Assembly (NCBI GenBank): GCA_965217895.1
Contig: CBDCJV010000002.1
Coordinates: 1,248,001-1,312,000, forward strand
Direction: 5' to 3'
DNA from: Waterburya sp.
GTDB taxonomy: Bacteria; Cyanobacteriota; Cyanobacteriia; Cyanobacteriales; Xenococcaceae
Length of the DNA: 64,000 bases
Positions within the stretch are counted from its first letter, which is position 1; every line of letters begins with the position of its first letter. This document shows, one piece after another, positions 53,302 through 62,633 of the stretch. The position numbers and the translations under genes were made by a program. The notes beneath the pieces are model-generated. The model was not told the DNA's origin and ran no database searches. It was given only the letters and a program-made list of their open reading frames with translations.

Positions 53302-54306
53302 CTATCTTACAAACTGAGGCATAATTTCGGCAGCGGTAAATAAGCCAGCAATACCACGACGATTTAAGGCTATACCAGCTTTGAGATAACCAAAAGCTGG
53401 GCCACACACATTAGCTGCCATGCTAGTTTCATCTCCCAAGGTAAAAGTATGAGTAGATATTTTTCCTTCAAAAGTACGTCCTGTAACTTTGACATTAGTA
53501 CTTAGGGGTTTTTTGGGGTTACGAGTGTCTACCACCCCACCAACGGTAACCCGACTGCGATCGCATATTCCTGCTAACTCCAGCATGATATCGTCGGCGT
53601 GTTCCATATTTTCTAGGGAAATAATACCGTCAGTTTTATCTAATAACTGGGCAACTTCGCGATCGCTCATTGCTCTGGCTGTTTCGACATTGTATTCTGG
53701 CATATGAGCAATATCTTCCCTGATAGTTGCCCGATAAGCCTCCCAGTTAGCAATGCCGACCCCAAAGGTAATTTTAACGCTATGAACCTCAGCATAGCTT
53801 TGTGCTGCTACTGCTGCTGCTGCTGTTAATAATCCAGGAGTTGCACCACAGCCTGTTAAATACGTGATTCCCGCCTGTTGTAAATCAGATTGCAATTCTA
53901 ATAATTGTTCAACCGCGCTAGTGCGTTTAAGGGCATCTACCAAAACTCCTTGCCATCCTGAATTAATAAACTTCCTGGCAACATCTGCCATAAAAGTATT
54001 AGGTAGATTGGGCAAAGTTAAAAAGTAGCCGTCTACTCCCCTATTATGGGTGATTAGATCTTCAATACTATTGTTGCTTAGAGTCCCCCAATCATCTAGG
54101 TAACCCACAGAATGTCGGTTGTTATAGGTACAGATTGCTGTATTCAAATTTAATCCTTTAGGGTTGTAGGCATAGCCTTTTTGATCTGCTGCTGCTACTA
54201 GGGTCATCTCTCCTTTGGGGTCTAAGATCTTGGCTGCTGCCTGTCCTAAACCTCCGAAACCCATAACGCCAACTTTGATTGGATTAACTATTTTGTCGAT
54301 CATCAT
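53302..54306 (-). CDS. bioU: BioU biotin biosynthesis enzyme
   Basis: [34 protein letters not shown] and [10 protein letters not shown]. Confidence 0.88.
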   Translation of the reverse strand: MMIDKIVNPIKVGVMGFGGLGQAAAKILDPKGEMTLVAAADQKGYAYNPKGLNLNTAICTYNNRHSVGYLDDWGTLSNNSIEDLITHNRGVDGYFLTLPNLPNTFMADVARKFINSGWQGVLVDALKRTSAVEQLLELQSDLQQAGITYLTGCGATPGLLTAAAAVAAQSYAEVHSVKITFGVGIANWEAYRATIREDIAHMPEYNVETARAMSDREVAQLLDKTDGIISLENMEHADDIMLELAGICDRSRVTVGGVVDTRNPKKPLSTNVKVTGRTFEGKISTHTFTLGDETSMAANVCGPAFGYLKAGIALNRRGIAGLFTAAEIMPQFVR

Positions 54307-54437
54307 TTCTAGCTCTAAGGTCTACACATAATAGATTTTATTATCCGAGCTTATTGCTCAAATTGCTCAAATTAAATAAATAAATTAAAAGATATTAGCC
54401 ACATTTAATTTTAATTGAGTAAGTACCAAACTTTTTA

Positions 54438-54480
54438 GTCACAGCAGGCTCCGCCCTAAACGAACGAAGCCTGCTGTGAC
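54438..54480. terminator. 13-bp inverted repeat downstream of the ter operon
   Basis: GTCACAGCAGGCT...AGCCTGCTGTGAC. Confidence 0.5.
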
Positions 54481-54508
54481 CGTTGGTCAAATTACTGACC
54501 GCTTAAGT

Positions 54509-55286
54509 CTAAGTTTTATATTTTCTAATAGCATGATTCATTAAGGTAATCTGTTCTCCATGAAATGATGGAGGCATCAAACTATGAACCCTATGATCGA
54601 GTCCATCGTGCATCACATCTGTATTTAAATCTGAGTGGTCTAATCCCAGAGTATGACCAATCTCATGAACAATGGTATTGGCAATCAAATTGGACAACTG
54701 ATTGATATTTAAATCTGCTACATAAGAAGCATTACAAATTTGGTCAATGCGTACTACTGCTAAATCTGTAACCTTTCCTAAACTAAAGCTGGCAAACCCC
54801 AGGTAATCAACCTCTAAATGATCGACTAAAACATAGACGTGGGTAAAATCTTCTTGCCATTCTCTAGCATCTGGAGGTTCAGTCGTTAGAAATACATTAA
54901 TGCTTCTAAAAGCACTAAACACCTTAGAAAAAGCATCTGCGAAAATTTTCATCCACACATCTTCCTCTTCACCCACAACATCTAAATTACAAACCTGTAC
55001 CCAAATACAATGACGCTTAGTTAGACTACTTTTGAGTTGACCGCCACAATGGGGGCAGATATTCCAGCTAGCTTGAACTAGACTACGACAAACCTGACAT
55101 TTAGGTTTGACGAGCGACCCCGCGTCGGCGCAAGACGCAAGACAAAGGCTTTAGCCGCATGTACGCGCTCGTCGTGACAGGACGAGTCAAATCAATTCTT
55201 GACCAAATAGGATGCTTAGATTCTGGTACAGATTTGAGTTTACGGCGATTGGGTCTAGTAAAATCTAGACGTTCATACAAGGACAT
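54509..55286 (-). pseudogene. Zinc-ribbon plus zincin (matrixin-like) metalloprotease, interrupted by an insertion
   Basis: The frame of 54509-54976 stays open upstream through KPKCQVC..NICPHCG; HEIGHTLGLDH plus Met-turn; the N-terminal part is out of frame because of the element at 55109-55173. Confidence 0.8.
55109..55173. mobile_element. 65-bp small repeat element with 8-bp terminal inverted repeats
   Basis: GACGAGCG...CGCTCGTC; internal AAAGGCTTTAGCCGCAT also at 42642-42658 and GACCCCGCGTCG also at 50061. Confidence 0.82.
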
Positions 55287-55288
55287 AT

Positions 55289-55894
55289 TTATTTAGACCC
55301 TGCTTGCCATTGAAAGCCGAATTTATAGTATTTATCAGCAGGTTGATGTCCTTGAAAATATCTTTCCTCTTTAATGATGCTGACTTGTGAGCCAATATTG
55401 CTAATCATTGCAGCAGCACATAAAGGACAATTGCGATCGGGATTATTTAGTTTAATGTGAACTTGTTCACCGTTACTAATTTGGAAAGTCATCCGACCAT
55501 CAACAGACTGAAAATCTTTGGCACCTTGATAAATTAGAGCAAAGAACATTATCCGTTTGATCATTTCTGGACGATAAATAGTCATATTTTCGCCATCTTG
55601 AGCTGCACCAGTGCGATCGTCTTTATCTAAAAAGATATAGGGAGATTTATTTTTTGCTCCAAAGTTACCACCCAAAGGCTGAATCACGCCTTTTTGACCA
55701 TCAACTGTTTCATACATACAGCCTAAATCGAGATCGGGAGCATTATTTCCCATTAGCTTGGAGAAAAAACCTGCATTTTGCTGAGGTTTCTGACTCCAGT
55801 TGAGGTTAACCTTGACAGTTAGCTGTTGAGAAGCATCATTTTTGCTCAGGTTAATTTTATGGGAATCGCCTTTTTTTTCTAGAGTAATTGACAT
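55289..55894 (-). CDS. TerA-C-terminal-like / TerD-fold protein
   Basis: VNLNW, DLDLGCMYE, KGVIQPLG, DDRTG, GEN and FQWQAGSK. Confidence 0.85.
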   Translation of the reverse strand: MSITLEKKGDSHKINLSKNDASQQLTVKVNLNWSQKPQQNAGFFSKLMGNNAPDLDLGCMYETVDGQKGVIQPLGGNFGAKNKSPYIFLDKDDRTGAAQDGENMTIYRPEMIKRIMFFALIYQGAKDFQSVDGRMTFQISNGEQVHIKLNNPDRNCPLCAAAMISNIGSQVSIIKEERYFQGHQPADKYYKFGFQWQAGSK

Positions 55895-56026
55895 AATAGA
55901 TCTCTTGAGATTTTTAAATGAGTAAAGTTAATAAGATCAGAAAGAGGTAATAAGTATAGTTACCATCAAAAGTATCAGGACATGATTTTAGATGTAGGGG
56001 CGAATGGTATTCGCCCTCAAAATATT

Positions 56027-56629
56027 TTAAGAATAAGTAGCAGCAATATCTTTTAGACCTTCGACTTTCAAGCCATTACCAATAGCTGCCATTTTCCATT
56101 CATCATCATGGCGGTAAATCTCAGCTAAGGTCATACCTGTCATTCCTGCATAACTGTTACCAGATAGCTCGTAACGGGCTAACTCTCTATTATTGGCGCG
56201 ATTAACTAAACGCACAAAAGCATTTTCTATTTGACTAAAATCTTGCTTTCGTTGAATGCAGTCATAGATATTGACTACAAAAACCAATCGAGAAATTCTT
56301 TGAGGAATTTTTGGTAGATCGACAATAATCACTTCATCATCGCCATCTCCTGCACCAGTTAAGTTATCTCCCTGGTGAATAATTGACCCTGATTGATGCT
56401 CAAGATTACCAAAGTAAACAATGTCTTTGATATCGGTGATTCTTTTATCGCTATCAAGACATAATACCGATGCGTCTAAGTCAAAATCTTGACTGCCACC
56501 AAAAGCACCAAAGAATCCGCCACCAGATTTTTTAGCTACGTCCCAACCTAAACCACAGGTAATTTGGGTTAAGCCTGGGGCTTCTTTTGATAAAGAAATA
56601 CGTTGTCCTTTTTGGAGTGTAATAGTCAT
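56027..56629 (-). CDS. TerD/TerZ family protein
   Basis: LQKGQRISL, GLGWD, DLDAS and GDNLTGAGDGDDE. Confidence 0.93.
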   Translation of the reverse strand: MTITLQKGQRISLSKEAPGLTQITCGLGWDVAKKSGGGFFGAFGGSQDFDLDASVLCLDSDKRITDIKDIVYFGNLEHQSGSIIHQGDNLTGAGDGDDEVIIVDLPKIPQRISRLVFVVNIYDCIQRKQDFSQIENAFVRLVNRANNRELARYELSGNSYAGMTGMTLAEIYRHDDEWKMAAIGNGLKVEGLKDIAATYS

Positions 56630-56642
56630 CTTTTTATTCTCC

Positions 56643-57221
56643 TCAACCTTGGTAACGGTTTAATAATGCCTGTAAACCACCTTGATATCCTGCACCTACG
56701 GCGTTAACACGCCATTCACCATCTTTACGGTAAAGTTCTGCCATGACCATTGCAGTTTCAACCGAACAGTCTTCAGTTAGGTCATATCGAGCAGCTTCTT
56801 GATTAGTCTGAGCGTTTACAATACGGACAAAAGCATTGTCCACTTGACCAAAATTTTGACTACGTTGTTCAGCTTCATGGATAGTTACTACCACCACAAT
56901 TTTTTGTACATCACTGGGTACTTTTTTGAGGTTGACCTTAACAACCTCGTCATCACCATCACCGTCTCCAGTTAAGTTGTCTCCAGTATGTTCTACGGAT
57001 TTATCAGGATCGGGACTAGTTAGATTGTTATAGAAAATAAAGTGATTATCAGAAATCAATTTTTCATTACTTCCTAAAAGAAATAGTGAGGCATCAAGGT
57101 CAAAATCAAAACCTCCATCAGTGGCTTTAGTATCCCAACCCAAACCAATAAATATTTCAGTCAATCCTGGGGCTACTTTTTCAAGAGATACACGTTGTCC
57201 TTTAGCTAGAGAAACTACCAT
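56643..57221 (-). CDS. terD: TerD family protein
   Basis: GLGWD, FDLDAS, FIFYNN, GDNLTGDGDGDDE and QNFGQV. Confidence 0.93.
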   Translation of the reverse strand: MVVSLAKGQRVSLEKVAPGLTEIFIGLGWDTKATDGGFDFDLDASLFLLGSNEKLISDNHFIFYNNLTSPDPDKSVEHTGDNLTGDGDGDDEVVKVNLKKVPSDVQKIVVVVTIHEAEQRSQNFGQVDNAFVRIVNAQTNQEAARYDLTEDCSVETAMVMAELYRKDGEWRVNAVGAGYQGGLQALLNRYQG

Positions 57222-57305
57222 TTTTCAAAACTCCTTTGATAATTAAAAATGTTCTAGGTTTATTAGTTGTAACGAAGTAAAATCGATTGTCTTTAAAACT
57301 CAGTA

Positions 57306-57959
57306 TTAAGGATTGACCTGAGATTTTAACTCATGTTGCTTAGTAAACCCGAAAGCAAAAATGCCAAAGATCATTGCCACTTCTACAAGTTCGGGAACGA
57401 CTAATGCGGGATTAATGATTTCTGCTAATAGCTTGGTTGCAACTAGACAAATTGCCAAATATCCAGAAAGTTCTAAATAAACAAATTTTTCCATCCAAAC
57501 TTGAAATAAATCAGCTAGAAAACGTAGAGCAAAAACGCCAATACCGCAGCCGATAATGATAACTATAAAGCGATCGCTAATTGCTACTGCTGCCGAAATA
57601 CTATCCAATGAAAATGCTAAATCGGTAAAAACTACTGCTGCGATCGCTGACATTAAACTAGTCTTTGGTTTTAATTCTTCCTCTGAAGACAAATTTAAAA
57701 AGTAAGTAAAGACTAAATAAAATAAATAGGCTGCTGCAACAAGTTTAAGTTGCCAATAACGAATAATCCAAGTAGCGCAAAATAGCAATCCAATTCTAAA
57801 TATATAGGACAATATCATTCCTATATCTAGGGCAATCTTTCTATCTTTACTATTTAATCCTTCGGTAATTGATGTTAATGCTACTGCATTGTCTAAAGAT
57901 AGTGTGATTTCAAAAAAAGAAAGCGTAACGATCAACAGTATTGTATTTAATATTTCCAT
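57306..57959 (-). CDS. terC: TerC family membrane protein
   Basis: EITLSLDNA and DLAFSLDSISAA. Confidence 0.92.
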   Translation of the reverse strand: MEILNTILLIVTLSFFEITLSLDNAVALTSITEGLNSKDRKIALDIGMILSYIFRIGLLFCATWIIRYWQLKLVAAAYLFYLVFTYFLNLSSEEELKPKTSLMSAIAAVVFTDLAFSLDSISAAVAISDRFIVIIIGCGIGVFALRFLADLFQVWMEKFVYLELSGYLAICLVATKLLAEIINPALVVPELVEVAMIFGIFAFGFTKQHELKSQVNP

Positions 57960-58293
57960 GTTAGTAATCTTTGTAATTTATTTACGTTTTAATATATCTG
58001 TAGTTAATTTAGTTTGTGTGTGATCTAATCCAGATGTAAAAGGTGACAGTATCTCTTGATTATATTTTTTTGATAATTTAGATAAATATTTATAATCCAA
58101 AGAATAGTGAGATAGAACGATAGCCTTTAGATATTTATACATATATTATATTTTTATTAATATATGTATAAATACGCATAAGGTACTGCTTGGATTTATA
58201 TTTACGTGTTTTTTCGGTTAGCTTTTCTCATGTATAAAGTTAGTTTTTATTAGCCTATTTTTAATTTACAAAAGCGCAAAAGCTATTATATGT

Positions 58294-58899
58294 ATGATTA
58301 ATCTAGAAGATCATATTTATCATCTGAATCGCCGAAATAATCCACACCGAAAAACTGCTGTCAGCTTCTCTTTCTTGGGTAAAATAAATCCAATTAATCA
58401 GCAAGAATTACAGATAGGCAAACAATATTTAAAGAAGTTGCTAATTGAATCTCAAAAACAAATTCCTATCTCAGAAGCTCCTCTTATTATTGGTTTAGCT
58501 GAATCAGGAATTGTTCCCTCAGCTTTAATGCACCAAGTTGCTAGAGAATGGGATATTCAAGCTCGCTGGCTTTGTTCGACTCGCAGAGAGGTTGCTGGCG
58601 TTCATTTTAGCGAAAGTCATTCTCATCAACCCGACCATGTTCTGCCGTTATATCAACATCAGCCGACTGAAATTTGGTTTGTAGAAGACGAAATTACCAC
58701 GGGAAAAACTATCCTCAACCTGATCTTAAAACTCTGTCCGCTTTTAAAAGTAAACTCGATTCGGTTATTTGCTTTTCTAGACAGCCGCACTCCAGAAGAA
58801 ACCGCTCATTTTCAGAGTACTTTGACTCAACATCATATCCGCTTTTGTACTCAATCTTTGCTTCAAAGTGAAAAAAAAGTAGGGACACATTTGAATTAA
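58294..58899 (+). CDS. Ter-associated phosphoribosyltransferase domain (N-part of a split gene)
   Basis: RRNNPHR..LGK, GLAESG, STRR, FSESHSH and EDEITTGKT. Confidence 0.85.
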   Translation: MINLEDHIYHLNRRNNPHRKTAVSFSFLGKINPINQQELQIGKQYLKKLLIESQKQIPISEAPLIIGLAESGIVPSALMHQVAREWDIQARWLCSTRREVAGVHFSESHSHQPDHVLPLYQHQPTEIWFVEDEITTGKTILNLILKLCPLLKVNSIRLFAFLDSRTPEETAHFQSTLTQHHIRFCTQSLLQSEKKVGTHLN

Positions 58900-59378
58900 A
58901 GACTACAGATACTAAGTCTTATTTGTGCCAAGAGCAAGGCATCAGTAAAACTGTCAACTCGCAAATTAATTACCACAGTTGTGACTGGCATTGTCCAGAA
59001 CAAAGAGCAGCTTTGAATGCCCAACTAAATTTAATTTCAAACTTGCCAACTCACTTAACAGGATGCTTGTTAGCAGTTGGCGAAGTTATGGATCTTGCTC
59101 TTAGATTGCTCCAGGTTAATCCAGGCTTATTAATGCAGCACGTTACTTTAAGTCCTTGGAAAATAGATCGAGTCAAAATTTTTAATTATTTGGAGGCGAA
59201 CAAGTATCACATTTACAACTATAAACAACTGCGATCGCATATATATATTCTCAGCGATCCTTTAGATCGAGATGTTGAATGGAAAATCACAGAGCTTTTA
59301 GAGCAACAAGGTTTAACAGTTAAAAGTCTATCCTTAGATCCAGTCCATACCGAAAATCAATATGCTGCTATCAAATAA
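58872..59378 (+). CDS. TRSP-like domain (C-part of the split gene)
   Basis: LLAVGEVM, HVTLSPW (TRSP-like) and HIYNY; frame open from 58872. Confidence 0.65.
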   Translation, partial: KKSRDTFELKTTDTKSYLCQEQGISKTVNSQINYHSCDWHCPEQRAALNAQLNLISNLPTHLTGCLLAVGEVMDLALRLLQVNPGLLMQHVTLSPWKIDRVKIFNYLEANKYHIYNYKQLRSHIYILSDPLDRDVEWKITELLEQQGLTVKSLSLDPVHTENQYAAIK

Positions 59379-60348
59379 ACTTGAACGCAAAAATTTATGG
59401 AATCAGCCAGTTTATGCCAAGTTTCTTCCTGAAGTCGATCCCTATAAAGATCTACATCTTTTTCGTCCCCTCAATCGAGCCTATGATGGCAACAATACTT
59501 TTTGGCAGCTTCCTTCCCCAGAACCAAAACTTAACTGCGACTTTTGGCGGTTAGTCAAAGCAGAATTAAATAATGCTGCTATTAGGCAGGCAGCTTCTCG
59601 GCTAGCAGGTGCTATTTCCCGTTGGCAGAAAGACAATAATAAGCTCTTATTTGTAGCTATTCTTCGGGCTGGAGTTCCTATTGCTGATTGGCTTAGTCAA
59701 CTGCTTCCAGGTTCAGTGTCTGTATCTATTTCTTTATTTGCAGGATTGGGAATTGACAAGATGGCATTACAGAGTTTGCAGTCAGCTTATCCAGAGCGCA
59801 AAATAGTCTTTGTCGATGGTTGGACTGGAAGGGGTGGAGTCGCTAGCGAACTAGCTAAACTACAGCTTGCTCCATCAGCCGTTTTAATAGATCCTTGGGG
59901 TTGGGCTGATTTCTCTGGTAGCTCAGAAGATCTTTTTTGTCCTACTGCTTGTTTTACTGGCGTAGCTACGCTGGGTTTTTCCCGAACTTTTTATATAGAC
60001 GATCGCAGTTGTTTTGCAGCTTATTTGTTTCCGACTCAATATTTACGTCCTGAGTTAGTTCAAGCTTGGCGGAATGTTTGTCCTAATAAGCTTTTAAACC
60101 CTGTTATTCCTCGACCGAGGTTTTTTGTCTCTACTGATTTAAGAGTTCATAGTAATGAAGTTTGCCGTGCCTTGATCAATGCTAACCCTGACACAATTTA
60201 CTTTGCTAAAAGCTTAGAATACGTTCGAGAACACTACAGCCTTTTATTGACGTTAGCTCAACTGCGTCAAATTAAGATAGTTTTTGATTTTAGCAGTTTA
60301 AAAGATTATCAAACTCAAGTTGCTTGCTCATTAACATCTCTTTCCTAA
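59362..60348 (+). CDS. StiP-like PRTase-fold plus PELOTA-like protein
   Basis: LRAGVPI, VFVDGWTG.G and DP....EDL.CPTAC...SRT. Confidence 0.8.
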   Translation: MLLSNKLERKNLWNQPVYAKFLPEVDPYKDLHLFRPLNRAYDGNNTFWQLPSPEPKLNCDFWRLVKAELNNAAIRQAASRLAGAISRWQKDNNKLLFVAILRAGVPIADWLSQLLPGSVSVSISLFAGLGIDKMALQSLQSAYPERKIVFVDGWTGRGGVASELAKLQLAPSAVLIDPWGWADFSGSSEDLFCPTACFTGVATLGFSRTFYIDDRSCFAAYLFPTQYLRPELVQAWRNVCPNKLLNPVIPRPRFFVSTDLRVHSNEVCRALINANPDTIYFAKSLEYVREHYSLLLTLAQLRQIKIVFDFSSLKDYQTQVACSLTSLS

Positions 60349-60349
60349 T

Positions 60350-61081
60350 ATGATTCAAGAAGTTTTAGCAGTCGATTTAGATGGTACGCTGCTACATCCA
60401 GAACCAGAAGCGATCGCCGTATGGGGTCGAACTCGTTATCAATACCTTAGTCAAACCGCAGCCAATAAGCTAGCTGAGATTAGCCAAGTTTTACCTGTGG
60501 TTATTGCTACTGCTCGTCATGCTCAAACTGTTAAAAGCTTAGTCGATCAATTACCTATAACTCATTTCTTCGGTTTTGTCTTAGAAAATGGACTGGTTGT
60601 CAAAAAAAATCTTAATCAACCATCAGTTGTTAATTATAGCTTCGAGACAATAGCACAATTGTTGCCAGAATGGTCGAGAATTGAAGGCTATGAGAATTGC
60701 CTTGGTTTAATCCCTCCTTCTTCAATTGAAAATCCAAAAGAGGAGGTTGAGCAAATAATCTCTAATTTGCAAATTCAAGCTTATGTTTATTTAGATGGAC
60801 ACAAGTTATTTGTCTATCCAGCAATGCCAAGTAAGCTAGCAGGATTAAGGGCTTTAGATTGCTTTCCTATATTGGCGATGGGAAATGATTGGAACGATTT
60901 GGATATGTTGAGAGCAAGTTCTTGTCCTCTAACAGTTAGTAATGCTCATGTAAAAGTTCAGGCTTTGATAAACGACAATCGAGGATATTGTTCGCCACTT
61001 GTTTCCCATGCTGCAGCTGAAGACATACTTAAGCAAGCAATATTCAGGTTAAATAATTCTGAAAAATGTCTTAGGTTGTAG
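60350..61081 (+). CDS. HAD (Cof-like) phosphatase
   Basis: DLDGTL, ATAR, ENG, K and GNDWNDLDML. Confidence 0.88.
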   Translation: MIQEVLAVDLDGTLLHPEPEAIAVWGRTRYQYLSQTAANKLAEISQVLPVVIATARHAQTVKSLVDQLPITHFFGFVLENGLVVKKNLNQPSVVNYSFETIAQLLPEWSRIEGYENCLGLIPPSSIENPKEEVEQIISNLQIQAYVYLDGHKLFVYPAMPSKLAGLRALDCFPILAMGNDWNDLDMLRASSCPLTVSNAHVKVQALINDNRGYCSPLVSHAAAEDILKQAIFRLNNSEKCLRL

Positions 61082-61481
61082 ACTAGGGCGTTTGCGTAGT
61101 AAGTGGGTTTTCAGGAGTTTTAGATGAACTATAAGTTTAAATTATCCCACACCGAATCTACTGCTTTGAATCCTAGCTATTATTTAGTTCGCTCTACTGA
61201 GATTAGTTTGTTGATTCTAGGGGATTATTGTATCTTTTTGTTAATAAAATATTTTTTTTCCATCTCTTGCTCTTGACTCAGGACTTGGTTTGCGGAAAAC
61301 TTAAAATATGCAATAGTAGTTAAACTAGTTATTATTAAGTTTTGATAAGATTCCCATAGTATTTAGGTAATTGCTCAAAATATCTATATAAAGAGCGATA
61401 TAACAAAAAATAGTGGCTCTGTAAACTATTTATTAGTTTTTAACAGTTGTAGCTTGATGCTAAGTAGGCGATCGCAAATAC

Positions 61482-61691
61482 ATGGAAACACTTGAATTCA
61501 TTATTTATCCCGATGGTCGGGTTAAAGAAACGGTAACAGGCATTGTTGGCTCATCTTGCCAAGAGGTGACAGCAGCAATTGAAGAACAGTTAGGAGTGGT
61601 TATTGATCAAAAACCTTCTTCTGATTACTATGCTCAGAATGTTACTCAAACAGCTACTGTAGCTACCCAAAACAACTATAGCGATTGGTAA
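61482..61691 (+). CDS. DUF2997 family protein
   Basis: METLEFIIYPDGRVKETVTGIVGSSC. Confidence 0.85.
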   Translation: METLEFIIYPDGRVKETVTGIVGSSCQEVTAAIEEQLGVVIDQKPSSDYYAQNVTQTATVATQNNYSDW

Positions 61692-61751
61692 TTTAACAGA
61701 ACTAGCCCAGTAGCTTGCTTAATATTTAATTCATTTTCACCGAGGAAATTT

Positions 61752-62138
61752 ATGTCACATTTCAGCAATATTAAAACTAAAATTCGCAATCTAGATTCTT
61801 TAAAAGCAGCACTTAAAGACTTAGATGTAGATTGGAAAAATGGTCCAGGAATTGTCAGAGGTTATCAAGGAAAAACCCACAAAGCTGATATTGTTGTCGA
61901 ACAGTTAAACAACTATGATTTTGGCTTTTGCTGGAATGGCAAGGAATACGAACTAGTGGCAGATTTACAATATTGGCAACAGCCATTGACTGTAAATGGT
62001 TTTCTGCGTCAGGTTACTCAACGCTATGCCTATCATACAGTTATTAACGAAACTAGCAATCAAGGTTTCACCGTTACAGAGCAAGCTAAAAACGAGGATG
62101 GTTCAATTCGTTTAGTCGTTCAACGTTGGAGTGCCTGA
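61752..62138 (+). CDS. ycf35: Ycf35 / DUF1257 protein
   Basis: MSHFSNIKT, VRGY, YELVADLQYW and QRYA. Confidence 0.9.
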   Translation: MSHFSNIKTKIRNLDSLKAALKDLDVDWKNGPGIVRGYQGKTHKADIVVEQLNNYDFGFCWNGKEYELVADLQYWQQPLTVNGFLRQVTQRYAYHTVINETSNQGFTVTEQAKNEDGSIRLVVQRWSA

Positions 62139-62560
62139 TGTCTAATTTTTCTCCTAGAGAAAAAAGCGGTTTTGAGCCAGAGTTAGGAGGTGTTATTCGT
62201 GATAGCTCTCAAAGAAGCGGTTTTGAACCAGAATTAGGAGGAGCATGGCGACAAAAAGGAGTTTATGTTGATGAAAACATTTGCATAGGCTGTAAAAACT
62301 GTACCCACGTCGCGGCTAATACTTTTTACATTGAACCAGACTATGGTAGAGCCAGAGTGTTCAACCAAAATGGCGACATAGAAGAGCTAATTAACGAAGC
62401 TATAGATACTTGTCCTGTAAATTGTATTCATTGGCTTGATTATACCGAACTTAGGCAGATGGAGCGCGAGAGAAAAAATCAGGTAATTCAAAACTTGGCT
62501 ATTCCGCCCAATATGAGGCGATCGCAATTAAAAATGGGTAACAGAAAGCATAACAACTAA
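62138..62560 (+). CDS. Single-cluster ferredoxin
   Basis: CIGCKNC...CPVNCIHW; duplicated SGFEPELGG; ATG overlaps the ycf35 stop. Confidence 0.9.
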   Translation: MSNFSPREKSGFEPELGGVIRDSSQRSGFEPELGGAWRQKGVYVDENICIGCKNCTHVAANTFYIEPDYGRARVFNQNGDIEELINEAIDTCPVNCIHWLDYTELRQMERERKNQVIQNLAIPPNMRRSQLKMGNRKHNN

Positions 62561-62592
62561 TTGATTTTCTGAGAAATAATCTACAGCCAATA

Positions 62593-62624
62593 AAAAACCC
62601 GATAATGGCTGAAATCGGGTTTTT
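62593..62624. terminator. Bidirectional intrinsic terminator
   Basis: AAAAACCCGAT...ATCGGGTTTTT between convergent genes. Confidence 0.7.
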
Positions 62625-62633
62625 GTTGGTTTC

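Noticed and set aside
55101..55286. Independent 61-aa gene
   Set aside because: It is the N-terminus of the interrupted protease gene reading into the insertion.
58019..58034. CRP-like site TGTGA-TCTAAT-CCAGA in the ter spacer
   Set aside because: The second half-site matches only 3 of 5 positions; insufficient by eye.
62165..62240. Duplicated SGFEPELGG in the ferredoxin as a novelty
   Set aside because: As far as I recall, this repeat is a common feature of this cyanobacterial ferredoxin family.
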